This document shows, piece by piece, positions 1 to 9,890 of a DNA stretch of 64,000 nucleotides. The DNA comes from an uncultured cyanobacterium. Lineage in GTDB: Bacteria; Cyanobacteriota; Cyanobacteriia; PCC-6307; Cyanobiaceae. The stretch lies in NCBI GenBank assembly GCA_963697335.1, contig CAVONQ010000006.1:32001-96000 (forward strand), in the 5' to 3' direction. The position numbers and the translations under genes are program-made. Within the stretch, counting starts at the first letter, position 1, and each line of letters starts with the position of its first letter. The notes below the pieces were generated by a model. That model was not told where the DNA came from and did not search any database. It saw nothing but the letters and a program-made list of their open reading frames with translations.

Positions 1-2
1 AG

Positions 3-395
3 GTGGGGGAGCGGATCCGCTGCCGGCCGGGCAGCTCCGCCTACTCCGCCCTCAGCGTGCGCATGCAGCTGCTGGGGGAGTGTCGCAGCGTCTGCGCCGT
101 GCCCCCCCGCTGCTTCCAGCCCCCGCCGAAGGTGCACTCAGAGGTGATCGTGATCGATCCCTACCCCCCGCAGCAGCGGCCGGAGCCCGCCCTGGCCCGG
201 GCCACCGAACAGCTGTTGCGCCGCTGCTTCGCCGCCCGCCGCAAGATGCTGCGCAACACCCTGGCCGGCCTGGCGTCGCCGCCGCAGCTGGCTGCCGTGG
301 CCGAGAGCGCCGGGGTGAGCCTGCAGCAGCGGCCCCAGGAGCTCGCGCCGGCGGCCTGGCTGGCCCTGGCGGCGGGTTTGAATCAGCCCAGTTGA
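3..395 (+). CDS. rsmA: 16S rRNA m6,2A dimethyltransferase RsmA/KsgA, C-terminal part (5'-truncated by the window)
   Basis: Motifs YSALSV, VPPRCFQPPPKVHSEV, CFAARRKMLRN and RPQEL; lies directly upstream of ispE. Confidence 0.93.
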   Translation: MGERIRCRPGSSAYSALSVRMQLLGECRSVCAVPPRCFQPPPKVHSEVIVIDPYPPQQRPEPALARATEQLLRRCFAARRKMLRNTLAGLASPPQLAAVAESAGVSLQQRPQELAPAAWLALAAGLNQPS

Positions 396-422
396 ATCGG
401 GTGCCGTTGCCCGGGCCCAGCC

Positions 423-1358
423 ATGGCTGAACTGATCGTGTGGTCCCCGGCCAAGATCAACCTGCATCTGGAGGTGCTGGGCCTGCGCGGCGACGGCTTC
501 CACGAGCTGGCCATGGTGATGCAGACCATCGAGCTGCTCGATCGGCTGCGGCTCAGTCCCAGCGCCGATGGCCGGATCCAGTTGAGCTGCGACAACCCCA
601 ACCTGCCCACGGACGGCGGCAACCTGATCGTGCGGGCGGCGGAGCTGCTCAAGGCCCGGGCTGGGCTGCCCGAGCTCGGCGCCCACCTGCACCTCGAGAA
701 GCGGATCCCCGTGGGAGCCGGCCTGGCGGGGGGCTCCAGCAATGGCGCCGCTGCCCTGGTGGGGCTGAACAACCTCTGGGGGCTTGGGTTCAGCGAGCCT
801 GAGCTGGCGGTGCTGGCGGCCGAGCTGGGCTCCGACATGCCCTTCTGCATCGGCGGCGGCACCCAGCTCTGCTTCGGGCGGGGGGAGCGGCTCGAAGCCC
901 AGCCGGCTCCCCAGGGTGGCGGTTGGGCTGTGCTGCTGCTCAAGCATCCGGCCGCCAGCGTCAGCACCCCCTGGGCCTACCAGCAGAGCCGCCAGCAGCG
1001 GCAGGCCAGCTACCTGGAAGGCGAGGCGGCCTTTGAGCAGCGGCGCCAGGCGCTGCGACAGGGGCCCCTGCTGCGGGCGCTGCAGGGGCTGGAGCCGCTG
1101 CCGCCCCTGCGCAACGACCTGCAGGCGGTGGTGGAACCCGCCGAGGCCACCGTGGGGCAGGGGTTGGCCCTGCTCCGCCGAGCGGAAGCGGCCCTGGCCG
1201 TGGCCATGAGCGGCTCCGGGCCCAGCCTGTTCGCCCTGTTCGCCGATCTGGAGGCGGCCCGCCGCGCCCAGGCCAGCCTTGCCGGTGAGCTCGCCGCCGC
1301 CGGATTCGACAGCTGGGCCTGCACCCTGCGGCCGCAAGGTGTCAGCCTGGAGGAGTGA
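423..1358 (+). CDS. ispE: 4-diphosphocytidyl-2-C-methyl-D-erythritol kinase
   Basis: [24 protein letters not shown] (GHMP kinase), LGSDMPF, MSGSGPS. Confidence 0.97.
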   Translation: MAELIVWSPAKINLHLEVLGLRGDGFHELAMVMQTIELLDRLRLSPSADGRIQLSCDNPNLPTDGGNLIVRAAELLKARAGLPELGAHLHLEKRIPVGAGLAGGSSNGAAALVGLNNLWGLGFSEPELAVLAAELGSDMPFCIGGGTQLCFGRGERLEAQPAPQGGGWAVLLLKHPAASVSTPWAYQQSRQQRQASYLEGEAAFEQRRQALRQGPLLRALQGLEPLPPLRNDLQAVVEPAEATVGQGLALLRRAEAALAVAMSGSGPSLFALFADLEAARRAQASLAGELAAAGFDSWACTLRPQGVSLEE

Positions 1359-1741
1359 CTGAGCCCTCTTCTGCTTCCAACGGCGGCCCCGCCAGCGCTG
1401 AGCCGTCTACCGCCACCTCAGAGGCGCGAACCGAGAGACCCCGAAAGGGGCCCCTCAGCTTTCTCTCGGGATCCCTCACGGCAGGCCTGCTGGGCTGGCT
1501 CACCCTGGGCCTGAGCCAGCGGGTGGTGCTGTACTACGGCGCCCACCCGCCCCACTACGACTCCGCCATCGCCCAGAGCATCGCCACGGCGCTCAAGACC
1601 CTGATCATCGGCATGAGCTTCCTGGCCACGTTCACCTTCGGCTTCATCGCCCTGGGGCTGGGCCTGGTGTTCGTGCGCAGCCTGGTGCCCGGATCCCCAT
1701 CTGCTCACAGCGGCGACACCGAAGCGGAGGAGGCCACTTAG
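1355..1741 (+). CDS. Conserved cyanobacterial membrane protein (DUF3082-like)
   Basis: Two TM segments; [11 protein letters not shown]...[23 protein letters not shown]; start overlaps the ispE stop (GTGA). Confidence 0.75.
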   Translation: MTEPSSASNGGPASAEPSTATSEARTERPRKGPLSFLSGSLTAGLLGWLTLGLSQRVVLYYGAHPPHYDSAIAQSIATALKTLIIGMSFLATFTFGFIALGLGLVFVRSLVPGSPSAHSGDTEAEEAT

Positions 1742-1750
1742 CCTGCCCCC

Positions 1751-1846
1751 ATGACACTGCACGATCTGGGCCTGCTGGTCACCCTGCTGCTGCCGGGCAT
1801 GCTGCTCTCGGTGCTGATCCTCAGCACCTTCGCCGCGGGCGGCTGA
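1751..1846 (+). CDS. Putative 31-aa single-TM small protein MTLHDLGLLVTLLLPGMLLSVLILSTFAAGG (not in the ORF track)
   Basis: ATG at 1751 to TGA at 1844-1846; GC-ending host-like codons; one hydrophobic helix; fills the gap before pdhB. Confidence 0.6.
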   Translation: MTLHDLGLLVTLLLPGMLLSVLILSTFAAGG

Positions 1847-1847
1847 G

Positions 1848-1879
1848 CGCTTGAGGCTGAGACCCGCTTGAAGCTGAGA
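1848..1879 (+). repeat. Direct repeat CGCTTGAGGCTGAGA / CGCTTGAAGCTGAGA upstream of pdhB
   Basis: Copies at 1848-1862 and 1865-1879, 14/15 identical, period 17; followed immediately by a TAGGTT -10-like hexamer. Confidence 0.6.
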
Positions 1880-1911
1880 TAGGTTGGCGCCCAGTCGGTG
1901 CTTGCCAACGC

Positions 1912-2895
1912 GTGGCCGAAACGCTGCTGTTCAACGCTCTCCGTGAAGCCATCGACGAGGAGATGGCCCGGGATCCCTACGTCTGCGTGATGGGGGAGGA
2001 CGTGGGCCAGTACGGCGGCTCCTACAAGGTGACCAAGGACCTCTACGAGAAGTACGGCGAGCTGCGGGTGCTGGACACCCCGATTGCCGAGAACAGCTTC
2101 ACCGGCATGGCCGTGGGCGCCGCCATGACCGGCCTGCGGCCGATCGTGGAGGGCATGAACATGGGCTTCCTGCTGCTGGCCTTCAACCAGATCTCCAACA
2201 ACATGGGGATGCTGCGCTACACCAGCGGCGGCAACTACATGATTCCTGCCGTGGTGCGCGGGCCTGGCGGCGTCGGCCGCCAGCTGGGGGCCGAGCACAG
2301 CCAGCGCCTGGAGGCCTATTTCCACGCGGTGCCGGGCATCAAGATCGTGGCGGTGAGCACGCCCACCAATGCCAAGGGCCTGATGAAGGCGGCGATCCGC
2401 GACAACAACCCGGTGCTCTTCTTTGAGCACGTGCTTCTCTACAACCTCAGCGAAGACATTCCCGAAGGCGATTACATCTGCGCCCTCGATCAGGCCGAGG
2501 TGGTGCGCGAGGGCAGCGACGTGACGATCCTCACCTACTCGCGCATGCGGCAGCACTGCCTCAAGGCCGTGCAACAGCTGGAGGCCGAGGGGATCGATGT
2601 GGAGCTGATCGACCTGATCAGCCTCAAGCCCTTCGACATGGCCACCATTGCCGGCTCGATCCGCAAGACCCACAAGGTGATCGTGGTTGAGGAGTGCATG
2701 AAGACGGGCGGCATCGGCGCCGAGCTGCTGGCTCTGATCACCGAGCACTGCTTCGACGACCTCGACGCCCGGCCGTTGCGGCTCTCTTCCCAGGACATCC
2801 CCACCCCCTACAACGGCGGGCTCGAAAACCTCACGATCATCCAGCCGCACCAGATCGTCAAAGCCGCCCAGGACCTCACCCGCGGGTCCCTCTGA
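1912..2895 (+). CDS. pdhB: Pyruvate dehydrogenase E1 beta subunit
   Basis: [41 protein letters not shown]. Confidence 0.98.
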   Translation: MAETLLFNALREAIDEEMARDPYVCVMGEDVGQYGGSYKVTKDLYEKYGELRVLDTPIAENSFTGMAVGAAMTGLRPIVEGMNMGFLLLAFNQISNNMGMLRYTSGGNYMIPAVVRGPGGVGRQLGAEHSQRLEAYFHAVPGIKIVAVSTPTNAKGLMKAAIRDNNPVLFFEHVLLYNLSEDIPEGDYICALDQAEVVREGSDVTILTYSRMRQHCLKAVQQLEAEGIDVELIDLISLKPFDMATIAGSIRKTHKVIVVEECMKTGGIGAELLALITEHCFDDLDARPLRLSSQDIPTPYNGGLENLTIIQPHQIVKAAQDLTRGSL

Positions 2896-2896
2896 G

Positions 2897-4417
2897 ATGG
2901 CACGACAGCAGGGGTGGTTCGCCCTGATCCTGGCCCTGGCGATCGCCGCCTCGGCCCTGCTGGTCACCTTCCCGTTGCAGCTGGGTCTGGACCTGCGCGG
3001 TGGCAGCCAGCTGACCCTCCAGGTGATGCCCGCAGGCGCGATCACATCTGTGGATCAGGAACAGCTCGAAGCGGTGAAGGAGGTGCTGGAGCGCCGCATC
3101 AACGGCCTCGGTGTGGCCGAGTCCACCTTGCAGACCGTGGGCAACGACCAGCTGGTGCTGCAGCTCCCCGGTGAGCAGGACCCCAGCAGGGCCGCCAAGG
3201 TGCTGGGCTCCACCGCCCTGCTGGAATTCCGCGCCCAGCGGCCCGGCACCGAACAGGACATGCAGGGGCTGCTGAGCCTCAAGCGCCAGGCCGAGGCGGT
3301 TCTCAACCTCGAACGGCAGCGGCGTGGCGCCCTCAACAACCCTGATCAGGCTGGAGCCGATGGCGATGCCGCCCAGCCCCCGGCCGATTTTCCAGCCACT
3401 CAGCTGGCCCAGGCCCTGCGCCAGCTGGACATTCCCGTGCCCGATGGAGCCAGTGAGGCCGATCAGCTGGAGCTGCTGCTCGACGCGGTGAACACCCGGA
3501 TCGTGGCCCTCTACGAGCCCGCCGCCTTCACCGGCAAGGAGCTGGTCACGGCCGGGCGCCAACAGCAGCAGAGCGGCAGCGGCTGGGAGGTGACGCTGAG
3601 CTTCACCCAGGCCGGCGGTGAACAGTTCGCCAACCTCACCAAGGACATCGCTGGAACGGGCCGCCTGCTGGGCATCGTGCTGGATGGCCGCTCGATCAGT
3701 GAGGCCAGTGTGGGGCCCGAGTTCCAGGTCGCCGGCATTGCCGGCGGCGCCGCCAGCATCACCGGCAACTTCACGGCCGAAGAGGCGCGCGACCTCGAAG
3801 TGCAGTTGCGCGGCGGCTCCCTGCCCCTGCCGATTCGGGTCGTGGAGGTGCGCACCGTCGGCCCCTCCCTCGGCGCCGACAACATCCGCTCCAGCCTGCT
3901 GGCCGCCCTGCTGGGCCTGGCGCTGGTGGCGGTGTTCATGGTGCTGGTGTACCGGCTGGCCGGGGTGGTGGCGGTGCTGGCCCTGAGCCTCTATGCCCTG
4001 TTCAACCTGGCGCTCTATGCCCTGATCCCGGTGACCCTCACCCTGCCGGGAATCGCCGGCTTCATCCTCTCCCTGGGGATGGCGGTGGACGCCAACGTGC
4101 TGATCTTTGAGCGGATCAAGGACGAGCTGCGCGCGGGCAACACCTTGATCCGTTCGATCGAAACTGGTTTCAACCTGGCTTTTTCCTCGATTCTCGACGG
4201 CCAGCTCACCACCCTGATCAGCTGCGTGGCCCTGTTTGCCCTGGGCACCGGCTTCGTGAAGGGCTTCGCGGTGACCCTGGGGATCGGCGTTCTGCTCAGC
4301 CTGTTCAGTGCCTTCACCTGCACCCGTACGCTGCTGCGGCTGTTGATGAGCTATCCGGCCCTGCGCCGGCCCAGCTACTTCCTGCCCCGGATCCAGCTGC
4401 CGGTCACCTCCTCCTGA
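2897..4417 (+). CDS. secD: Protein translocase subunit SecD
   Basis: LGLDLRGG, RRINGLGVAE, LRGGSLP, GMAVDANVLIFERIKDE. Confidence 0.97.
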   Translation: MARQQGWFALILALAIAASALLVTFPLQLGLDLRGGSQLTLQVMPAGAITSVDQEQLEAVKEVLERRINGLGVAESTLQTVGNDQLVLQLPGEQDPSRAAKVLGSTALLEFRAQRPGTEQDMQGLLSLKRQAEAVLNLERQRRGALNNPDQAGADGDAAQPPADFPATQLAQALRQLDIPVPDGASEADQLELLLDAVNTRIVALYEPAAFTGKELVTAGRQQQQSGSGWEVTLSFTQAGGEQFANLTKDIAGTGRLLGIVLDGRSISEASVGPEFQVAGIAGGAASITGNFTAEEARDLEVQLRGGSLPLPIRVVEVRTVGPSLGADNIRSSLLAALLGLALVAVFMVLVYRLAGVVAVLALSLYALFNLALYALIPVTLTLPGIAGFILSLGMAVDANVLIFERIKDELRAGNTLIRSIETGFNLAFSSILDGQLTTLISCVALFALGTGFVKGFAVTLGIGVLLSLFSAFTCTRTLLRLLMSYPALRRPSYFLPRIQLPVTSS

Positions 4418-4454
4418 TCTCCCTGCCCCGCCCCGTGTCGTTCCTTTGGCGCCG

Positions 4455-5417
4455 ATGACTCTTCTGAGCAGCCTGTTGGGTGTGCGGGTCAACCGCCGCC
4501 GCCGCCAGCTCTGGGCCATCTCCAGCGTGGCCCTGGTGCTGAGCCTGCTCGGCCTGGGACTCTCCTGGAGTTCGCCCAGCATCGGCGCGCCCCTGCGCCC
4601 GGGCCTGGATTTCACCGGCGGCACCCAGATCCAGATCGCCCGCCTCTGCGGTGAGCGCTGCGGCGATCTCGGCAGCGACCCGGTGGAAGCACGGCTGGAA
4701 GCCCTCACCCTGCCCCCTGAAGACGACGGGGCCCGGCCCCCCAGCCTGCGGGGCTCCGCCGTGCAGCTTCTTGACGGTGGAGAGCAGGTGCTGTTGCGCT
4801 TGCCCAGCCTCAGTGCCGCCCAGGGCCAGGCCGTGGTGGAGGGTCTGCAGCCCCTGCTGGGCAGCACCGATCCGGCCGGTCTCGCCGTGGAGACGATCGG
4901 CCCCACCCTGGGGGCGCGACTGCTGCAGGCCAGCCTGATCTCCCTGGCGGTGAGCTTCGTGGGCATCTCCGCCTACATCACCTTCCGCTACGACCGCCTG
5001 TTTGCCCTGCTGGCCCTGCTCTGCCTGGCCCATGACGTGCTGATCACCTGCGGCGTGTTCGCCTGGCTGGGGCTGCTGGCCGGGGTGGAGGTGAACAGCC
5101 TGTTTGCCGTGGCCCTGCTCACCATTGCCGGCTATTCGGTGAATGACACCGTTGTGATCTTTGATCGCATCCGGGAGAAACGGGGTCAGCTCAAGGAGTT
5201 GCCCCTGGCTGACCAGGCCGATGCCGCCGTGTCCGCCACCCTCACCCGCTCCCTCTACACCAGCTTCACCACCCTGCTGCCGTTGCTGGCCCTGATCCTG
5301 TTCGGGGGCAGCACCCTGTTCTGGTTCGCCGTCGCCCTCAGCGTGGGCGTGCTGGTGGGGGCCTGGTCGAGCGTGGCGGTGGCGCCCACCCTGTTGCCCG
5401 TGCTGGCGAAGTCCTGA
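4455..5417 (+). CDS. secF: Protein translocase subunit SecF
   Basis: GLDFTGGT, HDVLIT, GYSVNDTVVIFDRIRE, TLTRSLYTS; start could instead be TTG at 4446. Confidence 0.96.
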   Translation: MTLLSSLLGVRVNRRRRQLWAISSVALVLSLLGLGLSWSSPSIGAPLRPGLDFTGGTQIQIARLCGERCGDLGSDPVEARLEALTLPPEDDGARPPSLRGSAVQLLDGGEQVLLRLPSLSAAQGQAVVEGLQPLLGSTDPAGLAVETIGPTLGARLLQASLISLAVSFVGISAYITFRYDRLFALLALLCLAHDVLITCGVFAWLGLLAGVEVNSLFAVALLTIAGYSVNDTVVIFDRIREKRGQLKELPLADQADAAVSATLTRSLYTSFTTLLPLLALILFGGSTLFWFAVALSVGVLVGAWSSVAVAPTLLPVLAKS

Positions 5418-5445
5418 CGGTGATCACCCCCATGAGCCCCCTGCC

Positions 5446-5631
5446 TTGAAGCGCCCGATTCCGGTGCTGCCGTTGCTGCTGGTTGTGCTGGCACTGCTGG
5501 ATCTGCGCTTCGAGCTGCGGCTCCTCGCCGACCACTTCACCTTCACCACCCTCTGGAACGCCGTGCTGCATCACGCCCTGGCGGTGGTGGTGCTGCTGTT
5601 GATTCCAGACCTCTGGCGGCGCTACCGCTGA
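5446..5631 (+). CDS. Small hypothetical membrane protein (61 aa)
   Basis: TTG start, two hydrophobic segments, fills the gap after secF. Confidence 0.6.
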   Translation: MKRPIPVLPLLLVVLALLDLRFELRLLADHFTFTTLWNAVLHHALAVVVLLLIPDLWRRYR

Positions 5632-5652
5632 GCCGGGCCCAGGGTTCAGGGC

Positions 5653-6717
5653 TCAGGTGGTCCAGCGGTCCATCACCCGCTGCACCACCACGGTGCTGCA
5701 GAGCACCTGGAGCACCACCACCAGCGGCAGGGCCAGCAGCACCCCAGGCAGGCCCAGCAGGGTGCCCAGGCTCAGCTGGGCCATCAGGGCCACCGTGGGC
5801 AGCAGATTCACCGTGCGGCTGAGCAGAATCGGCGTGAGCACGAAGGCCTCGCCGTTCTGCAGCACCAGGCGCAGTACCAGCACCTGCAGCACCTTGGTGG
5901 GGGATACCAGCAGCGCCACGGCCAGGGGCAGCAGGGAGGCGGCTGTGGGGCCGATCGTGGGCACGAAGGTGAGCAGCCCGCACACCAGGGCGCTCAACAG
6001 GGCCAGGGGCACCTGCAGCAGACTCAACCCCGCCCAGGTGAGCAGAAACACCGTCACCGCCGAGATGGTCATCCCCGCCAGCCAGCCCCCCAGGGCGTCG
6101 CGGCACTCGTCGAGCAGCTCCACCACCTGCTGGCGCCACTTGGCGGGGGTGATCGCCACCACCAGCTGTCGATGGCGCCGGGGGTCGAGGGCCAGCAGGA
6201 TCGCCAGCAGCACCATCAACAGGAGTTGCACCGTGCTGTTGGCAGCCCCCCCCGCCACCCCAAGCAACTGGGCCCCCACCGGCTGCAGGCCCTCCCAGCT
6301 GTTCAGCCGCTCCAGGGTCTGATCGAGCCTGGGCAGCCAGGTGACGCGGGCGGCCAGCTCGGCCAGGCGGGCCCCCACCTCCGGGATCAGCTGCCCCAGC
6401 TGGCCGATCTGGCCCAGCAGCTCCGGCAGCAGTTGCTGGGTGAGCCAGGCTCCCAGCACCACCAGCATGGTGATCACCAGGGCCAGGGCCTGGGTGCGCT
6501 GCAGGCGCAGGCGCCGCATCAGCAGGGTGGTGGGCACATCCAGCGACACCGCCAGCACCACGGCGCCGAACAGCACGAGCAACACCCAGCGCAGGGCCCA
6601 GGTGACCATGGCCAGCACCACCAGCACCAGCACGCCGAGCACCGTGCGGGCATCGAGCCCACTGCGGGGCTGGCGGCGCCGGCCCCTGGCCGGGGCTTCA
6701 GGAGGCCGGTCTGCCAT
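5653..6717 (-). CDS. AI-2E family (PerM-like) permease
   Basis: Multi-TM; LLTFVPTIGP, LQNGEAFVLTP; ATG overlaps the stop of the upstream paralog. Confidence 0.9.
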   Translation of the reverse strand: MADRPPEAPARGRRRQPRSGLDARTVLGVLVLVVLAMVTWALRWVLLVLFGAVVLAVSLDVPTTLLMRRLRLQRTQALALVITMLVVLGAWLTQQLLPELLGQIGQLGQLIPEVGARLAELAARVTWLPRLDQTLERLNSWEGLQPVGAQLLGVAGGAANSTVQLLLMVLLAILLALDPRRHRQLVVAITPAKWRQQVVELLDECRDALGGWLAGMTISAVTVFLLTWAGLSLLQVPLALLSALVCGLLTFVPTIGPTAASLLPLAVALLVSPTKVLQVLVLRLVLQNGEAFVLTPILLSRTVNLLPTVALMAQLSLGTLLGLPGVLLALPLVVVLQVLCSTVVVQRVMDRWTT

Positions 6718-7775
6718 CAGCTGGCCAGGGGTGGCCGCTTCCAGCGGTTGAGCACATCGTGGATCAGCACCTCCTTCACCACCACCTGCAGGCACACCGC
6801 CAGGGGCAGGGCCAGCAGCAGTCCGAGCGGGCCGAACACCACCGTGAACAGCAGCTGGGCCGTGAGCGTGAGCCCCGGCAGAAGATTCAGCTGGTGCTGC
6901 ATCACCGAAGGCGTGATCAGATAGCTCTCCAGGTTCTGCACCGCCACATAGAGGAGCAGCACCGCCAGGGCCTTGATGGGGCTGTCCAGCAGCGCCACCG
7001 ACATCGGAAACACCGTGCTGAGGGTGGGTCCGATGTTGGGAATGATGTTGAGCAGACCGGCCAGCACCGCATTGGCGGCCACCAGCTTCACGCCCAGCAG
7101 GCTGAGGCCGATCGCGGCCAGCACCCCCACGCACAGGGAGCTGATCAGCACGCCCACCATCCAGCCACTGAGGGCATCGCCGCAGCCCACCAAGACGTTG
7201 CGGAACCGCCGCCGGTAGAAGGAGGGCACCAGCAGCACGGCGATCTCCCGATAGGCCAGGGGCTGCAGGGTGATCATCAGGGCCACCGCCACCACGAACA
7301 GCAGCTGCAGCAGGCCCGTGCCCAGGCCGCCGGCCAGCCCCAGCAGCTGCAGGGCTCCGCCGCGCAGGTTGGTGGTGTCATCGCCGCTGAACAGGCCCTC
7401 GCGCAACCAATCCAGGCCGCCATCGCTCTGGCCGTAGAGCATCTGGCTGGCCCTGGAAATCACGTCCCGGGTCAGATTGAGCAAGGTGGTGGCTGCCGCG
7501 GGCAGTTTGGAGAGCAATTCGGCGAACTGCTCAATGAAGGGCGGGATCACGGCCGTGGCCAGCACCGCCAGCACCACCGACACCAGGCTGAGGCTGAGCA
7601 CCACCGCCAGGGGACGGCTGCAGCCCAGCCGCTGGCGCATCCAGCCGATCAGGGTGCAGAGGGCCATGGCCAGCACCACAGCCGCAAACAGGGTGAGCAG
7701 GCTCTGGCGCAGGGTCCACAGCAGCGTCAGCGCTGCCACCAGGGCGAACAGGCCGAGCCATTGGCCGAACCGCAA
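6717..7775 (-). CDS. AI-2E family (PerM-like) permease
   Basis: Multi-TM; LNIIPNIGP, VQNLESYLITP, FGPLGLLLALP; TTG start inferred (MRFGQWLG). Confidence 0.9.
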   Translation of the reverse strand: MRFGQWLGLFALVAALTLLWTLRQSLLTLFAAVVLAMALCTLIGWMRQRLGCSRPLAVVLSLSLVSVVLAVLATAVIPPFIEQFAELLSKLPAAATTLLNLTRDVISRASQMLYGQSDGGLDWLREGLFSGDDTTNLRGGALQLLGLAGGLGTGLLQLLFVVAVALMITLQPLAYREIAVLLVPSFYRRRFRNVLVGCGDALSGWMVGVLISSLCVGVLAAIGLSLLGVKLVAANAVLAGLLNIIPNIGPTLSTVFPMSVALLDSPIKALAVLLLYVAVQNLESYLITPSVMQHQLNLLPGLTLTAQLLFTVVFGPLGLLLALPLAVCLQVVVKEVLIHDVLNRWKRPPLAS

Positions 7776-7779
7776 GGTC

Positions 7780-8178
7780 TCAGTCCTCGCTGGGGGCGTC
7801 GCCGGCACCCTCCTCTGGTGCGGCGGCAGCTTCACCCCCACCCTGGCCCGAGAAGCCCAGCTCATGGCTGTCGGCATAGCGCTGGGCAAAGCGCATGAAC
7901 CGATCGAAATCCGTGGTGGTCTTCCAGGTGTAGGTGGCCTCAAGGGCACTGGCCTTGCCGTTCACGAAGCGGGCCTTGACCTCCCGGGTCACCATCTCGC
8001 CCTCCTCATCCACCAGGAACATGCCGGTGATGTCTCCCATGGTTTCAGGGGCCAGGGCCTGGGGCTCCTCGAACACGAACATCGCCTGGCCGGTGCGCCC
8101 GTCCCGGGAGCGCGTCAGCCGGATGTCGGGCACGACCGGTTCATCCACACCACGGAAGAACTGAATGGCTGCACCCAT
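7780..8178 (-). CDS. psb28: Photosystem II assembly factor Psb28
   Basis: [23 protein letters not shown]...[12 protein letters not shown]...[11 protein letters not shown]. Confidence 0.96.
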   Translation of the reverse strand: MGAAIQFFRGVDEPVVPDIRLTRSRDGRTGQAMFVFEEPQALAPETMGDITGMFLVDEEGEMVTREVKARFVNGKASALEATYTWKTTTDFDRFMRFAQRYADSHELGFSGQGGGEAAAAPEEGAGDAPSED

Positions 8179-8308
8179 GGGGAAGTGGCAAAGCTCAATC
8201 CTAGGCAGTGGTCCTGAAATGGCCCCGAGCTTGCCCTGAAGGGGCCTTCTGGCCCGGCAGCCGCCTGACATAGTGGAGCCAGCGGGCCCTGCTCAGACAC
8301 GCTCATCC

Positions 8309-9031
8309 ATGCTCTCCGGCGCACCGGTTTCCGCCAACGTCAGCCCTGAAGATCTGCTCCAGCGCTTCCAGGCGGCCACGGCGCGGCAGCGCCGCGCCCT
8401 GCTGGGCCCCGTGCAGCAGAGGGTCGCCGAGCTCAGGCCCCTGCTGGCCGACCATCTGGCCGGCCTGGACGCCACAGGCGACGACTGGGCTGCCGGCGCC
8501 CTGATCCAGCTGTTGCTGGAGAGCCCCAGCGGCGAGGCCCAGGCCTTCCTGGACCTCCATCCCCAGGGCTGGCTCGCCACGTCCAGTGCTGTGGGGATCG
8601 ACTTTGCCCCCTTGCAGCAGCAGCTCGCCCGCATGGCCTTCGAGGAGGCCGACCGTCTCACCAGCTCCATCCTGCGGGAACTGGCCGGCTCGGCTGCCGT
8701 GAAGCGCGGCTACGTGTACTACAGCGAAGTGCCGGCCATGCCGGCTCCAGACCTGGAGGTCCTCGATCGCCTCTGGGTCTTCTATTCGCGCGGGCGCTTC
8801 GGTTTCTCGGTGCAGGGTCGCCTGCTGCAGGGCTGCCAGGGGCGCTGGGAGCAGCTCTGGCCCCGGCTGGGCTGGAAGCAGGACGGCCGCTGGACCCGTT
8901 ACCCGGGTTCCTTTCAGTGGTCGATCGAGGCCCCGGAAGGCCACATGCCCCTGGTGAACCAGCTGCGCGGGGTGCGCCTGATGGATGCGCTGCTCAACCA
9001 CCCAGCCCTGCAACAACGCATCAACCGTTGA
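8309..9031 (+). CDS. gun4: GUN4 (Ycf53) Mg-chelatase activator
   Basis: FEEADRLT, DRLWVFYSRGRFGFSVQ, APEGHMPLVNQLRG. Confidence 0.92.
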   Translation: MLSGAPVSANVSPEDLLQRFQAATARQRRALLGPVQQRVAELRPLLADHLAGLDATGDDWAAGALIQLLLESPSGEAQAFLDLHPQGWLATSSAVGIDFAPLQQQLARMAFEEADRLTSSILRELAGSAAVKRGYVYYSEVPAMPAPDLEVLDRLWVFYSRGRFGFSVQGRLLQGCQGRWEQLWPRLGWKQDGRWTRYPGSFQWSIEAPEGHMPLVNQLRGVRLMDALLNHPALQQRINR

Positions 9032-9098
9032 CGGCCCAGGGCTGGTGCCCAACCCCCCTGACACCTAGGGTCAAACCAAGGCCAAGAACCTGTGGTTG

Positions 9099-9536
9099 AT
9101 GGCGCTCCGCTGGTCTGATTTCATCACCCCTTCCACGCTCCAGCTGGCCCCCCTGGTGGAGTTGCTGCTGGAGCCTGTGCGCTGCCTGCAGCTGCAGGCG
9201 GAGCTGCAGCTGGGGCTGCAGGAGGCCCTGGTGAACGCGGTTCGCCACGGCAATGGCTGCGATCCGGCCAAGTGTCTGCGCATCCGCCGCATCGAAACCC
9301 CCCGCTGGGTGGTGTGGCAGGTGCAGGATGAGGGCCCTGGGGTGCCGCAAGCGGCGCGGTGCTGCCAGTTGCCCCTGGCCGTGGATGCCGCCGATGGCCG
9401 GGGGCTGTTCCTGATTCACCACTGCTTTGATGACGTGCGCTGGAGCCCGCGCGGCAACCGCCTGCAGCTGGCCGTGAAGCGTGAGCGCATGCGACCGGCG
9501 CTCAGCGCCCGTGGCTGGGGCAGCCTGGATCGCTGA
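9099..9536 (+). CDS. Anti-sigma-factor-like (RsbW/HATPase_c_2) ATP-binding protein
   Basis: LQEALVNAVRHGN (N box), DEGPG (G1), GRGLFLI (G2). Confidence 0.88.
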   Translation: MALRWSDFITPSTLQLAPLVELLLEPVRCLQLQAELQLGLQEALVNAVRHGNGCDPAKCLRIRRIETPRWVVWQVQDEGPGVPQAARCCQLPLAVDAADGRGLFLIHHCFDDVRWSPRGNRLQLAVKRERMRPALSARGWGSLDR

Positions 9537-9825
9537 TCTCGGCCTTGAGCCACAGCAGGGCGTGCTCCACCAGGGCCAGGGCTTCCTGCCGTGCCGGCGT
9601 GGTCTGGCGAACGCCCGGATGATCGGAGCTGGTGAGTTGCACCAGGGCGGCAGCCAGCTGCTCAGCTCCACGCCGGCAGCGCTGGGTCTTGAGGGCGTGC
9701 CAGTCGCGGTCACCGATGCTGAGCGAGCGATGCAGGGCCCGGGCCTGCTCGGCGGCCCCATCCGGCCAGCCAGCGCCGCCAGCGGGGGGCGGGGCCCCAG
9801 AAGACAGGGATGAAGCCGTTTCCAC
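9502..9825 (-). CDS. Conserved cyanobacterial hypothetical protein (DUF6439-like)
   Basis: ALHRSLSIGDRDWHALK...AEQLAAAL...WLKAEISDPGCPSH; start uncertain (GTG 9825 or ATG 9852). Confidence 0.7.
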   Translation of the reverse strand: METASSLSSGAPPPAGGAGWPDGAAEQARALHRSLSIGDRDWHALKTQRCRRGAEQLAAALVQLTSSDHPGVRQTTPARQEALALVEHALLWLKAEISDPGCPSHGR

Positions 9826-9890
9826 TGGACGAATCTGCGTCGGCCGGACCATCCTGACGGTTCTGCCGCGCACCTGGGCTGGAACCACTG

